From a bacterium (lineage in GTDB: Bacteria > Bacteroidota > Bacteroidia > Bacteroidales > FEN-979), in NCBI GenBank assembly GCA_043806735.1, contig JAZDGR010000023.1, forward strand, positions 6,977 to 70,976: a stretch of 64,000 nt of DNA. Reading direction: 5' to 3'. Below the pieces are notes generated by a model. It saw only the letters and a list, made by a program, of their open reading frames with translations, had not been told where the DNA came from and made no database searches. Of this stretch, positions 48,749 through 58,258 are shown piece after piece (position 1 is the first letter of the stretch; each line of letters begins with the position of its first letter). The position numbers and the translations under genes are program-made.

Positions 48749-50461
48749 ATGAAAAATTATACACTCCCACTTTTTTTAGCCATTTGTTTTGTGGTGTTCA
48801 GTCCGGTTCTCACCAGCGCCCAACATGATAATAATCAACCTAACCGAAAGGTAATTATGCATCAGGAGGTACCTGATGACCCTTACCTGCCATATAGTTC
48901 TGCAGAATCCAACACTTCTCCTGCACAATTCCATAAAAGCGCAATTTTTACCATGACCCAGGTAAATGTGAACGCAAACGGAGAAAATATTATCGGAGAT
49001 GCGGCAAACGAACCTTCTATTGCCCTGGATCCCACAAACCCCGACAAGATGGTCATCGGCTGGCGTCAATTTGACAATGTGAACAGTAATTTCAGGCAGG
49101 CCGGTTACGGATATACGTCCGACGGCGGACAAACATGGACTTTTCCCGGTGTCATCGAGCCCGGTATTTTCCGTTCCGACCCCGTGCTGGATTATGATTC
49201 GGAGGGAATCTTTTATTATAACAGTCTGACCTCTCAAAGCTCGGTTTACTCATGTAATGTGTTTAGAAGCACTGATGGGGGCGCAGGATGGGATGCAGGG
49301 ATTTATGCGCACGGTGGGGATAAGCAATGGATGACCCTCGACCGGAGCGGCGGAGTGGGTGCAGGTAACATTTACTCATTCTGGACAATGTATTACAGTT
49401 CCTGCCTCCCCGGGGCATTTACCCGGTCAACAAACGGAGGTAACAGCTATGAACCCTGCGTGATGGTAGACGGGAATCCTTACTGGGGAACTATGACAGT
49501 AAACAATGACGGGGAATTATATATTGCAGGTGCTGGAGAATGGGGAGGAATTGTAGTGGCAAAATCCTCTTCTGCCCAGGTTCCGGGGGGCACAGTTGAC
49601 TGGGATTTTTCCACCGAAGTCGATATGGATGGCTCCCTCGGAGGATGGTCGCCGGTGAATCCGGAAGGATTGCTTGGCCAGGCCAATGTGGATGTGGACC
49701 GTTCGACGGGGGCGGGACAGGGGAATGTATATGTACTCGCCACTGTAGAGCGATATTCGAACGGAGATCCGGCTGATGTCATGTTTGCCGGGAGTACGGA
49801 TGGCGGGCTCACCTGGAGTTCCCCTGTCAGGATCAACGACGATCCGGGTACGAACGACTACCAGTGGTTCGGCACTATGTCTGTGGCTCCGAACGGCCGG
49901 ATTGATGTGGTCTGGCTCGATACCCGTGAAGCTCCTTCAGGCACTTACCTTTCTGCTTTGTACTACTCTTATTCCGATGACCAGGGGGAAACCTGGTCGG
50001 TCAATGAAAAACTATCCGACTTGTTCGACCCACATTCAGGCTGGCCACAGCAACAGAAAATGGGGGATTATTTCGATATGGAATCGGATGAAACGGGAGC
50101 ACGTCTCGCCTGGGCCAACACATTAAACGGGGAACAGGATGTTTATTACAGTTATATTATACCCCAATATACCGGCATCGACAACGACCCGAATTATCAG
50201 GACTTGCTGTCACTTGCCTGTTTCCCTAATCCCTGCCATGGTCAAACAACCATCAGGTATATCATTCCAGTGTCCAGTTTCGTCAAGCTTGATATCTGTA
50301 GCATCTATGGCAAAGAGGTCCGGCCCCTCGTCAATGAAGTCCAGCAACCGGGCTTGTATTCCGTGGATTATTCCACCGGTACACTTCCGGCAGGTTACTA
50401 CTATTGCCGGTTAACTGCCGGATCAAACGTAATAACCACCGGGCTTGTGGTGATAAAGTAA
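48749..50461 (+). CDS. Secreted BNR/Asp-box repeat (sialidase-fold-like) protein with T9SS type A C-terminal sorting domain
   Basis: Asp-boxes TSDGGQTW, STDGGAGW, STNGGNSY, STDGGLTW, SDDQGETW. C-terminal domain CFPNPCHGQTTIRY...GYYYCRLTAGSNVITTGLVVIK. Confidence 0.75.
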   Translation: MKNYTLPLFLAICFVVFSPVLTSAQHDNNQPNRKVIMHQEVPDDPYLPYSSAESNTSPAQFHKSAIFTMTQVNVNANGENIIGDAANEPSIALDPTNPDKMVIGWRQFDNVNSNFRQAGYGYTSDGGQTWTFPGVIEPGIFRSDPVLDYDSEGIFYYNSLTSQSSVYSCNVFRSTDGGAGWDAGIYAHGGDKQWMTLDRSGGVGAGNIYSFWTMYYSSCLPGAFTRSTNGGNSYEPCVMVDGNPYWGTMTVNNDGELYIAGAGEWGGIVVAKSSSAQVPGGTVDWDFSTEVDMDGSLGGWSPVNPEGLLGQANVDVDRSTGAGQGNVYVLATVERYSNGDPADVMFAGSTDGGLTWSSPVRINDDPGTNDYQWFGTMSVAPNGRIDVVWLDTREAPSGTYLSALYYSYSDDQGETWSVNEKLSDLFDPHSGWPQQQKMGDYFDMESDETGARLAWANTLNGEQDVYYSYIIPQYTGIDNDPNYQDLLSLACFPNPCHGQTTIRYIIPVSSFVKLDICSIYGKEVRPLVNEVQQPGLYSVDYSTGTLPAGYYYCRLTAGSNVITTGLVVIK

Positions 50462-50520
50462 ATTGCGCATGAATTGTCATGTATTGCCATTTATTGCCAT
50501 ATATTGCCATGAATTGCCAT
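50461..50520. repeat. Decamer array NNATTGCCAT (6 units) starting in the stop codon of the BNR gene
   Basis: aattgcgcat gaattgtcat gtattgccat ttattgccat atattgccat gaattgccat. Confidence 0.9.
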
Positions 50521-50531
50521 CAATCTTTAAA

Positions 50532-50587
50532 CGTCCCTCGTCCTACGTCTCACGTCCTTCGTCCCTCGTCCTACGTCTCAGGTCTCA
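50532..50587. repeat. Heptamer array CGTCNNN (8 units) overlapping the 3' end of the ABC-F gene
   Basis: cgtccct cgtccta cgtctca cgtcctt cgtccct cgtccta cgtctca ggtctca. On the minus strand it encodes the last residues VRPET plus the stop of the ABC-F protein. Confidence 0.9.
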
Positions 50588-52439
50588 CGCTTAGCTCTAA
50601 CCATCGGTCTCCCTTAGTATCCAATTCCTGCAAAACTGCTGCAAAGCGGTTGGATCTTTCCTGTAATTCCTCCGGAGTGAGTGCGCCGGAATGAAGTGCT
50701 GCTTCTATGGTCGCCTTTTCGGCTTCCAACTCCCCGATTTCCCGCTCCAGGGTTTCCAGTTCCTGCTTCTCTTTGAACGTCATTTTTTTCGGATCTACGG
50801 GTTTGTTTAACGGTTTCGCAGGCGCGGATGGCTTTTCAGCTGCTTTTACCTGTCGCTTCCGACGTTCGCTATAATCCCGGTACTGGGTATAGTTCCCCGG
50901 AAAATCTTTGACCACCCCATTTCCTTCAAAGACAAACAGATGATCCACGATCTTGTCGAGGAAATACCGGTCGTGTGTGACCACGAGTACGCATCCGTTG
51001 AACGATTCGAGGTACTCCTCAAGGACGTTGAGTGTGAGGATGTCGAGGTCGTTGGTAGGTTCATCGAGAATGAGGAAGTTCGGACTATGCATCAGTACCG
51101 TGACGAGATAGAGGCGCCGCTTCTCCCCGCCGCTGAGTTTGTATACCGGCTGATGATGAACCGGATAGGGAAACAGAAAGTAGTTCAGGAATGCTGCGGC
51201 TGAGATGGTATCGCCGTTACCCAGTTTTACCACATCGGCGATCTCCCGTACTACATCGATCACCTTGGTATCGGGATTGAAAGAGATCCCTTTCTGGTTG
51301 TAATAGCCAAACCGAATGGTCTCCCCTTTTTTTACAGATCCCCTTGCCGGCCGGAGTTTTCCGGTGATGATGTCGAGAAAAGTCGATTTGCCGGTTCCGT
51401 TATTCCCGATGATGCCGATTTTCTCATTCCGTTTGAAGGTGAAAGTAAATCCCTTCAGGATGGGCAAGTCGTCCCAGGAAAAAGATACATCGTTGACTTC
51501 GAGGATCTTTTTTCCCATCCTGCTACCCTCAATATGGATCTTCATCCGTTCATCCGGTGTTTTCCTTCCGGCGGTCTCCTTCAGCCCGTAAAAACTATCG
51601 ATCCGGGCTTTTGCTTTGGTGGTGCGGGCTTTGGGCATCCTGCGCATCCACTCCTGTTCCTTTCGCAGCAGGTTCTTGGCTTTTTCGGTCTCCTTAGTCA
51701 GGATATCTAATCTTTCAGGCTGCTTTTCGAGGAAGTAAGAGTAACCTCCCCGGTAGCGATGGATGCCGGTGTGGTCCAACTCTAAAATTTCGTTGCACAC
51801 CCGGTCGAGAAAATACCGGTCGTGTGTGACCATGATAAAGGTGATCTTCCGATTTGAAAGGTGTTCCTCGAGCCATTCAATCATTTCGACATCCAGGTGG
51901 TTGGTGGGTTCATCGAGGATCATGAAGTCGGGTTCCGTAATAAGCACCTTGGCCAGTGAGATCCGCTTTTTCTGCCCGCCCGAGAGTTCTCCAATCTGTT
52001 TCTCCAGTTCCGGGATCTGAAGCCGGGAAAGGATCTGTTTGATTCGGGTTTCATATTCCCAGCCGTTGAGGGCATCCATCCGTTCGATGGCCTGGTGGAT
52101 TTCGGTTTTATCCTCCCCGCGAACTGCCTGCTCGTACCGGTAAATCGCAGACAGCACTTCGTTGGAGGTGATATAGACTTCATTGAAGACCGTATGGGAG
52201 GGGGTCAGGTCGGGTTCCTGTTTCAGGTATCCAAGCGAGGCCTTGTTGAAAAGTGTCACACTTCCGGCATCGGTGGGTTCAAGTCCGGCTATGATGTTCA
52301 GCAGACTGGTTTTTCCGGCGCCATTACGGGCGATCAGAGCTACTTTCTGAAACTGGCTGATCACAAAGGAGATATCCTCGAAGAGCACGTTGTCTCCGTA
52401 ACTACGGGAAAGGTGTTCGACGGTGAGAATGGTGGACAT
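50571..52439 (-). CDS. ABC-F family ATPase (Uup/YheS-like, no transmembrane domain)
   Basis: Two ABC cassettes (ARNGAGKTSL ... LSGGQKKRISLA ... ILDEPTNHLD; GNNGTGKSTF ... LSGGEKRRLYL ... ILDEPTNDLD), C-terminal coiled coil. Start set to the ATG at 52439. Confidence 0.9.
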   Translation of the reverse strand: MSTILTVEHLSRSYGDNVLFEDISFVISQFQKVALIARNGAGKTSLLNIIAGLEPTDAGSVTLFNKASLGYLKQEPDLTPSHTVFNEVYITSNEVLSAIYRYEQAVRGEDKTEIHQAIERMDALNGWEYETRIKQILSRLQIPELEKQIGELSGGQKKRISLAKVLITEPDFMILDEPTNHLDVEMIEWLEEHLSNRKITFIMVTHDRYFLDRVCNEILELDHTGIHRYRGGYSYFLEKQPERLDILTKETEKAKNLLRKEQEWMRRMPKARTTKAKARIDSFYGLKETAGRKTPDERMKIHIEGSRMGKKILEVNDVSFSWDDLPILKGFTFTFKRNEKIGIIGNNGTGKSTFLDIITGKLRPARGSVKKGETIRFGYYNQKGISFNPDTKVIDVVREIADVVKLGNGDTISAAAFLNYFLFPYPVHHQPVYKLSGGEKRRLYLVTVLMHSPNFLILDEPTNDLDILTLNVLEEYLESFNGCVLVVTHDRYFLDKIVDHLFVFEGNGVVKDFPGNYTQYRDYSERRKRQVKAAEKPSAPAKPLNKPVDPKKMTFKEKQELETLEREIGELEAEKATIEAALHSGALTPEELQERSNRFAAVLQELDTKGDRWLELSVRPET

Positions 52440-52565
52440 GCAGGCGGTTATTGACGCCGGCAAAGATAAGTTGTTTTAATATTGTGAATAAGTACTTTGG
52501 TAATTGTACATGGCAAATAAAGAAAATTAGTTATTTTGCAGCCTGTTTTAAACAAACTGAAATAG

Positions 52566-54314
52566 ATGCACAATCATATGAAAAATCAAACGCCCCTGGC
52601 GGTGATCTTTTTGGTATTTTTCGGATCATCCGTCTTTTGCCAAACAGCTTCGCTCCCTACTGTAACAGCTAATCCGGGAGAAAACGTAACGCTGCCCATT
52701 ACCGTTACGAACTTTATAAATATTGGCGCGATTACTCTGTATATCCAGTTTGATCCAGCCGTCCTGACGTTTATCACGTTGACAGGACAGCCTTCAGGGA
52801 CTCTGGCGGGCATTATTGGGGGCAACATCCTGAGCATAGCTTGGTCGGACCTCACGCCTCTGACGATCAGCAGCGGAACCCTGATGAACCTGGTATTTAC
52901 ATACAACGGCCCGGGAACCAGCCCATTGACGTTTCTTCCGGGTTGTGAGGTCGCTCAGATGGTGGGAATTATTCCGATCCCGATAGTAGTAGCGTACACC
53001 AATGGACTGGTCTCACCCAATCTGTCAAATCCTACCAAAGCCACCCTGCTTGCACCCTGTGCAATCACCGGCACAGCGGTTTCCGTTCCCATAAAATACG
53101 AAGGGTTTGGCAGTAATGTGGGATCGATAACCCAGAAGATCCAGTATGATCCTGCAAAACTTACTTATACCAGTGTTACGATGACAGGCAACCTGGCAGG
53201 CGGAAGCGCTAACGCCAGTGGGGGTATCATCACCATTGCATGGTCTAATCCATCCGGCGCTTCAATCAATTACCCCGGTAACCAGTTTATCCTGAATTTT
53301 ATCTACACCGGAACCACAGCCACCAACCTGATCTTTTATCCCGGGTGCCTCATTACAACCAATGCGACAGTCAACATACCGGTTAGTTATTTCGACGGGA
53401 CCATAACCCCCTCTCTGGTTCCTTCCCCTCCTGTAGTGACAGTCGTAGATGGTTGTGGAAGTTCCGTACTCACAGCCAGCGGAGTTCCAGGCGCTTCCTT
53501 TGCCTGGAGTACGGGGGCTACCACCGCCTCCATCACAGTTTACACACCCGGGGCTTACACCGTTACTCAATCCCTGGGCGGTTGTACCAGTCCTTCGGGA
53601 ACAGGCACGGCTGCACCAATCATTGTTCCGGCTCCAACCGTGTCAGTCGCGAACAACTTTGGATATTCCATCCTGACGGCCGGTGGATATACCGGGAGCC
53701 TTTTATGGAGTACAGGAGCCTCTACTGCTTCCATTACCGTAACTACTGCCGGCACCTACACGGTAACACAAACCGTGAGTGGTTGCACGAGTCCGCCAGG
53801 CAGTGGTACCGCAGCTCCTATCACGGGCTATAACGTTTCGGGACAGGTAAAGTATGACAACACGCCAGGAACTCCGCTAAACGGTGTCAATGTTGAGTTA
53901 AAGAACCCTGCAACAGGCGCAACGATTGCCACTGCAACGACTGCCCCGGGTGGTTCCGGTCAACAAGGATTTTACTCCTTCGACAACCTGGCGCCAGGAA
54001 GTTACCGGTTAGCAGCCAATTACAACGGCACCTGGGGAGGTAACAATGCCACCGATGCTTTAGACGTTCAGTTGAACCTTGTCGGAATGTGGCCGTTGTA
54101 TTTTCTAAAAGCTATCGTGGCAGATGTGAGTGCAAGTGGAACTATTACTTCGCTGGATGCTCTTTTAATCAAACAACGGGTGGTTGCAATCATCACATCG
54201 TATCCTGCAGGTGACTGGAAATTTACTGATACGACGTTTACTGTTTCTACGAATGCCAGTATTTTATTGAAAGCTCTCTGTACGGGTGATGTAAATGGGT
54301 CCCATATCCCTTAG
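52566..54314 (+). CDS. Secreted multidomain protein: two cohesin-like domains, two ~65-aa Cys-containing tandem repeats, a CarboxypepD_reg-like domain and a dockerin-like C-terminus
   Basis: Cohesin-like NVTLPITVTNFINIGAITLYIQFDPAVLTF and AVSVPIKYEGFGSNVGSITQKIQYDPAKLTY. Repeats ...WSTGATTASITVYTPGAYTVTQSLGGCTSPSGTGTAAPI / ...WSTGASTASITVTTAGTYTVTQTVSGCTSPPGSGTAAPI. Dockerin-like NATDALDVQL, ADVSASGTITSLDALLIKQ and GDVNGS. Confidence 0.55.
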   Translation: MHNHMKNQTPLAVIFLVFFGSSVFCQTASLPTVTANPGENVTLPITVTNFINIGAITLYIQFDPAVLTFITLTGQPSGTLAGIIGGNILSIAWSDLTPLTISSGTLMNLVFTYNGPGTSPLTFLPGCEVAQMVGIIPIPIVVAYTNGLVSPNLSNPTKATLLAPCAITGTAVSVPIKYEGFGSNVGSITQKIQYDPAKLTYTSVTMTGNLAGGSANASGGIITIAWSNPSGASINYPGNQFILNFIYTGTTATNLIFYPGCLITTNATVNIPVSYFDGTITPSLVPSPPVVTVVDGCGSSVLTASGVPGASFAWSTGATTASITVYTPGAYTVTQSLGGCTSPSGTGTAAPIIVPAPTVSVANNFGYSILTAGGYTGSLLWSTGASTASITVTTAGTYTVTQTVSGCTSPPGSGTAAPITGYNVSGQVKYDNTPGTPLNGVNVELKNPATGATIATATTAPGGSGQQGFYSFDNLAPGSYRLAANYNGTWGGNNATDALDVQLNLVGMWPLYFLKAIVADVSASGTITSLDALLIKQRVVAIITSYPAGDWKFTDTTFTVSTNASILLKALCTGDVNGSHIP

Positions 54315-54349
54315 ACTTTATTGATCCAAAGAAACCGTGGATAACAAAA

Positions 54350-54384
54350 GCCCCTCCCTAGCGGGGGCGGGATTGGGGAGGGGT
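54350..54384 (-). terminator. GC-rich hairpin, probable terminator of tRNA-Gly (and 3' boundary of the convergent cohesin gene)
   Basis: Arms CCCCTCCC (54351-54358) / GGGAGGGG (54376-54383). On the minus strand the hairpin is followed by CTTTTGTT. It shares the GGGGTGAG/CCCCTC composition with the palindrome at 2412-2464. Confidence 0.5.
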
Positions 54385-54385
54385 G

Positions 54386-54458
54386 AGCGGAAAACGGGAG
54401 TCGAACCCGCGACCCTCAGCTTGGGAAGCTGATGCTCTACCAACTGAGCTACTTCCGC
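54386..54458 (-). tRNA. tRNA-Gly, anticodon CCC; no encoded CCA
   Basis: Minus strand GCGGAAGTAGCTCAGTTGGTAGAGCATCAGCTTCCCAAGCTGAGGGTCGCGGGTTCGACTCCCGTTTTCCGCT. The cloverleaf folds by hand: 7-bp acceptor with one G-U pair, D arm GCTC/GAGC, anticodon loop TTCCCAA, T arm GCGGG/CCCGT. Confidence 0.9.
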
Positions 54459-54498
54459 GATTCGGCTGCAAAATTACACAATTTCATTTCCAGTATTT

Positions 54499-54506
54499 TA
54501 TCTTTG
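54499..54506 (+). promoter_or_regulatory. -7 promoter box TATCTTTG upstream of the methyltransferase gene
   Basis: Matches TAnnTTTG, 17 nt upstream of the ATG at 54523. Confidence 0.4.
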
Positions 54507-54522
54507 TAATAAAAAACAGCCT

Positions 54523-55086
54523 ATGCCGCTTCCTAACCTGGTTATCCTCCTGTCGTTTACAGTTCTTGGAGTTGCTATGTTCGTTCTCGGCGCCCGGTAC
54601 CGGGGCCAGAGAATCAAATTCTGGGGAAAACCTACTATCGAAAACGTATATTTTGTCACGGGAAAAGTCAGCCTGTTCTCTTCCTGGGGGCTTTTGCTGT
54701 TGAAGTCGATCCTCACCCGGTGGAACTGGAATCAGGTGCCTGAAGGAGTTGCCTGGTTTGCAGCGCTGCTGAGTTGCCTCGGAACAGGGATCATGATTGT
54801 ATCCTTTTACGATCTGGGAGCTTCCGTGCGGGTCGGACTTCCTGAAACGGTTACAAACCTGCAGACAAAAGGCATCTACCGGATCAGCCGGAATCCCATG
54901 TACCTGGGAGTATTCCTGGTCTGTATCGCTTCCTCCACCTTCTTTCCAAACCCGGTCAACCTTGGTTTGGCGTTGTACGGTATGATCATTCATCATCGCA
55001 TCATCCTGGGGGAAGAAAAGTTCCTTGAGGAACGGTTTGGCCCCGAATGGCAGCGATATAAAGAACGGGTGCGCAGATACGTATAA
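54523..55086 (+). CDS. Membrane methyltransferase of the isoprenylcysteine carboxyl methyltransferase (ICMT/PEMT) family
   Basis: GIYRISRNPMYLGVFL ... HHRIILGEEKFLEERFGPEWQRYKERV; about 5 TM segments. Confidence 0.8.
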   Translation: MPLPNLVILLSFTVLGVAMFVLGARYRGQRIKFWGKPTIENVYFVTGKVSLFSSWGLLLLKSILTRWNWNQVPEGVAWFAALLSCLGTGIMIVSFYDLGASVRVGLPETVTNLQTKGIYRISRNPMYLGVFLVCIASSTFFPNPVNLGLALYGMIIHHRIILGEEKFLEERFGPEWQRYKERVRRYV

Positions 55087-55160
55087 TACAAGCGTCAAGT
55101 TTCAAGGAATTCAATATTTGTTCGTATTTTCACATCTTTATATCACAAAAATCGCGTGGG

Positions 55161-55550
55161 ATGGATTTCTCTGATAAAACAATTCTGGTTGTGGATGACG
55201 ACAAGGATTTTTGCTTCCTGATCCGTATGATGTTTAAGAAAACTAGGGCAAAACTAGTGTTTGCCTATGACGGGAAGGAGGCTATCCGGATCATCCGGAA
55301 TTCCTTCCCTTCGGAACCGGTATCCGTGGTCCTTCTCGACATCCAGATGCCCAGAATTAGCGGGTATACGGTCATTGAAACATTGAAGGAACTACAACCT
55401 GATCTCCCGGTTCTTGCACTCACTGCCTTTGGTATGACAGGAGAACGGGAGAAGTGCCTGAAACTAGGTTTTGACGAATATCTCGCGAAGCCTTTTGAAG
55501 AACAGGATCTTTTTACCATTATCCGTCGATTAACGAACAAGCGTCTATGA
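55161..55550 (+). CDS. Single-domain response regulator (receiver only)
   Basis: ILVVDDDKD, phospho-acceptor VLLDIQMP, ALTA, KPF. Confidence 0.85.
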   Translation: MDFSDKTILVVDDDKDFCFLIRMMFKKTRAKLVFAYDGKEAIRIIRNSFPSEPVSVVLLDIQMPRISGYTVIETLKELQPDLPVLALTAFGMTGEREKCLKLGFDEYLAKPFEEQDLFTIIRRLTNKRL

Positions 55551-57997
55551 AAGAAAAAAAACCTGATTCCGGGATCCTGGAGGAATTAAGGGAAAGCAAG
55601 CGAATGCTTGAAACCCTCATTTCGAATCTTCCCGGTGTCGCTTACCGTTGTAAAAACGATCAGAACTGGACTATGGAGTTCATCAGTGTCGGATGCTTCG
55701 ACTTAACCGGGTATTCCGCTGATGATCTGATTCACAACAAAAAACTTCCGTACAATGACCTGATCGTGAGCGAGGACCGGGAACGAATCTGGCAGGAAGT
55801 GGAAGAACGAGTGCATAAGCATCTTCCGTTTATCCTGGAATACAGGATACGAACAGCCGATCAGAAAATCAAATGGGTCTATGAAAAAGGGAGAGGGGTG
55901 TTCTCAAACCAGCAAGAATTGTTGTTTTTAGAAGGATTTATCACCGATATTACCGAGGAAAAAAGGTCACACCAGGTTGGCAATGTCGTCTTCCAGATCT
56001 CAAAGGCAAGTTATACCGTTACCTCTATAGATGAGTTTCTTCCAATTATACACCGGGAACTCGGGAAGATTCTTGATACCACAAATTTCTTTGTGGCCAT
56101 GTACGACAAGGCAACCAACTCCATCACCCTCCCCTATCACGTGGATTTCAAGGATAAATTTGCCTCCTTCCCTGCAGGAAAAACCATGACCGGACATGTC
56201 ATCCAGGAAAAAAGGCCAATTCTGGCAACAGAACAGGACATGCTGAAACTGGTTGAAGATGGAGTGATTGAAATGATTGGGGCTCCTTCGAAAGTGTGGA
56301 TGGGGGTTCCCCTTATGGTCAATAATGAAGTGATCGGGGTACTTGTCGTGCAAAACTATTCAGATCCTAAAAGCTATACGGAAGAAGACCTGGACCTCCT
56401 GACATTTGTTTCCAACCAGGTTGCCGGTCTGATCAGGAGACTGCGGGCTGAAGAGAAGCTGCTTGAAGAGCGCGCCTATCTTGACCAGCTTTACCAAAGT
56501 TCGACGGAAGCCATCGTCATGATTGACAATCATGGTATTGTCAAATCGATCAACAAAGAATTCACGAGATTGTTCGGTTATACCCAGGAGGATCTTAAGG
56601 GAAAAATCCTTGATGACACCATCGTTCCGAAGTACCTGCATGATGAAGGAGTAAGAAGTACCAACCGCGCTCTCACAAACGAACGGGTGGAGATGGAATC
56701 GGTCAGACAGCACAAGAACGGGTTGCTGATTGATGTCTCCATTCTCGTAACACCCATCTTTATCGAAGGACAAATTGTAGGCGCTTATGGCATCTACCGC
56801 GACATCACCGAACGAAAACGGATCGAAAAAAGCCTCGTTCTCGCCAAAGAGAAAGCTGAAGAGTCGGACCGGTTGAAGTCGGCTTTCCTTTCCAATATGT
56901 CGCATGAGATCCGGACACCGATGAATGCCATCCTGGGATTCTCGAGCCTGCTTTCCGATCCTGATACGACCCCGGAAGAACGGGAAGAGTATATCAACAT
57001 AATCAAAGAACGCGGCAACGACCTGATGAGAATCATCAGCGACATCATTGACGTAGCCAAAATTGAATCAGGCCAGTTGAACATCAGTATCAAGGATTGC
57101 AAAGTCAACCAGCTGATGAACGACCTCCATGCCGTATTTAAACTAAGCATGCAGAAACAGGGGAAGGTACAAGTCGATCTGAGAACATCCCTGGAAAGTA
57201 ACGATCTTGATTTTACCATCCTTTCCGATCCCCAGCGACTCCGCCAGGTAATCTCAAATTTGTTGGAGAACGCGATAAAATTTACCGAAACCGGAACTAT
57301 TGAATTCGGCTATTCCATCCGCAACGATTTCGGCATGGGGAAATCAATCATCTTCTTCGTCAGGGATACCGGTATCGGCATTCCGCCAGAGATGCATACG
57401 GTTATCTTTGAACGTTTCCGGCAGGTAGACGACTCCCATACACGAAAATATGGAGGTACGGGTTTGGGATTAACAATCTGCAAAAACGTGGTTCACCTGA
57501 TGGGAGGAGATCTTCTCGTGGAATCAGAGGTTGGGAAAGGAACTTTGTTTAAGCTGGTTCTTCCGATGTGGACAATCACCCCTGCAAAAGAAGAACCTTC
57601 ACCGGCAAAACCGAAAATCCTGCAACAAGCGTGGAAAGACAAAGTGATCCTTGTCGCGGAAGACGAAGAGTCAAATTTCACTTTCCTTGACCATATCCTG
57701 AAACGTACGGGAGTCAGATTACTGTGGGCAAAAAACGGTGTAGAAGCTGTAAATATGGCTCATTCCGAGAAGGTGGACCTGATTCTCATGGATATCCGTA
57801 TGCCGGGAATGGATGGATACGAAGCAACAGAGCTGATCAAAAAGGAGCGCAAAGACCTGCCCGTTGTCGCACAAACTGCCTATGCCCTGAAAGGCGAAAA
57901 AGAGCTTAGCATCTCGGCCGGATGTGACGATTACATATCAAAACCGATCGACATCCAGGAGCTCATGACCGTTTTAGATAAATATCTCAACAGATGA
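55547..57997 (+). CDS. Hybrid sensor histidine kinase: PAS-GAF-PAS-HisKA-HATPase-receiver
   Basis: H-box FLSNMSHEIRTPMNAI, N-box NLLENAIKFT, G-boxes DTGIGI and GGTGLGLTI. C-terminal receiver ILVAEDEE...LILMDIRMPGMDG...KPI. Confidence 0.9.
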   Translation: MKEKKPDSGILEELRESKRMLETLISNLPGVAYRCKNDQNWTMEFISVGCFDLTGYSADDLIHNKKLPYNDLIVSEDRERIWQEVEERVHKHLPFILEYRIRTADQKIKWVYEKGRGVFSNQQELLFLEGFITDITEEKRSHQVGNVVFQISKASYTVTSIDEFLPIIHRELGKILDTTNFFVAMYDKATNSITLPYHVDFKDKFASFPAGKTMTGHVIQEKRPILATEQDMLKLVEDGVIEMIGAPSKVWMGVPLMVNNEVIGVLVVQNYSDPKSYTEEDLDLLTFVSNQVAGLIRRLRAEEKLLEERAYLDQLYQSSTEAIVMIDNHGIVKSINKEFTRLFGYTQEDLKGKILDDTIVPKYLHDEGVRSTNRALTNERVEMESVRQHKNGLLIDVSILVTPIFIEGQIVGAYGIYRDITERKRIEKSLVLAKEKAEESDRLKSAFLSNMSHEIRTPMNAILGFSSLLSDPDTTPEEREEYINIIKERGNDLMRIISDIIDVAKIESGQLNISIKDCKVNQLMNDLHAVFKLSMQKQGKVQVDLRTSLESNDLDFTILSDPQRLRQVISNLLENAIKFTETGTIEFGYSIRNDFGMGKSIIFFVRDTGIGIPPEMHTVIFERFRQVDDSHTRKYGGTGLGLTICKNVVHLMGGDLLVESEVGKGTLFKLVLPMWTITPAKEEPSPAKPKILQQAWKDKVILVAEDEESNFTFLDHILKRTGVRLLWAKNGVEAVNMAHSEKVDLILMDIRMPGMDGYEATELIKKERKDLPVVAQTAYALKGEKELSISAGCDDYISKPIDIQELMTVLDKYLNR

Positions 57998-58233
57998 CAA
58001 GACCTGCCAACATTTTACTGGTCGAGGATGAACGCATTGATATGGAACTTGCACTGGCCGCATTTCGCCCGGTAAGACTTGGCAACACCATCCGGATTGC
58101 GACCACTGGAGAAGAAGCCCTGGATTATATTTTTGGTAAGGGGAAATATGTAGACCGAAAAGAATTTCTACTCCCCGACCTCATCCTGCTTGATCTGAAT
58201 ATACCCGGAATCAATGGATTTGATTTAACGTGA
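57994..58233 (+). pseudogene. 3'-truncated response-regulator receiver domain (79 codons)
   Basis: ILLVEDERIDMELALAAF...LILLDLNIPGINGFDLT then stop. It lacks the conserved Thr/Ser and Lys of beta4/beta5. The stop is the first unit of the heptamer array at 58231. Confidence 0.55.
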
Positions 58234-58258
58234 GACGTAAGACGTAAGATGTAAGAGG
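58231..58258. repeat. Heptamer array TAAGACG (4 units) filling the spacer up to the dgkA ATG
   Basis: tgagacg taagacg taagatg taagagg, then atg at 58259. It is the reverse complement of the CGTCTCA units at 50546-50587. Confidence 0.9.

Noticed and set aside
50571-52439. ABC-F ATPase as an antibiotic-resistance (ARE) determinant
   Set aside because: Sequence reading alone cannot separate ARE ABC-F proteins from housekeeping Uup/YheS-type proteins. The long C-terminal coiled coil and the chromosomal context fit a housekeeping paralogue.
54386-55086. tRNA-Gly as the attachment site of an integrated element
   Set aside because: There is no integrase, no direct repeat of the tRNA 3' end and no compositional break in the flanking genes.
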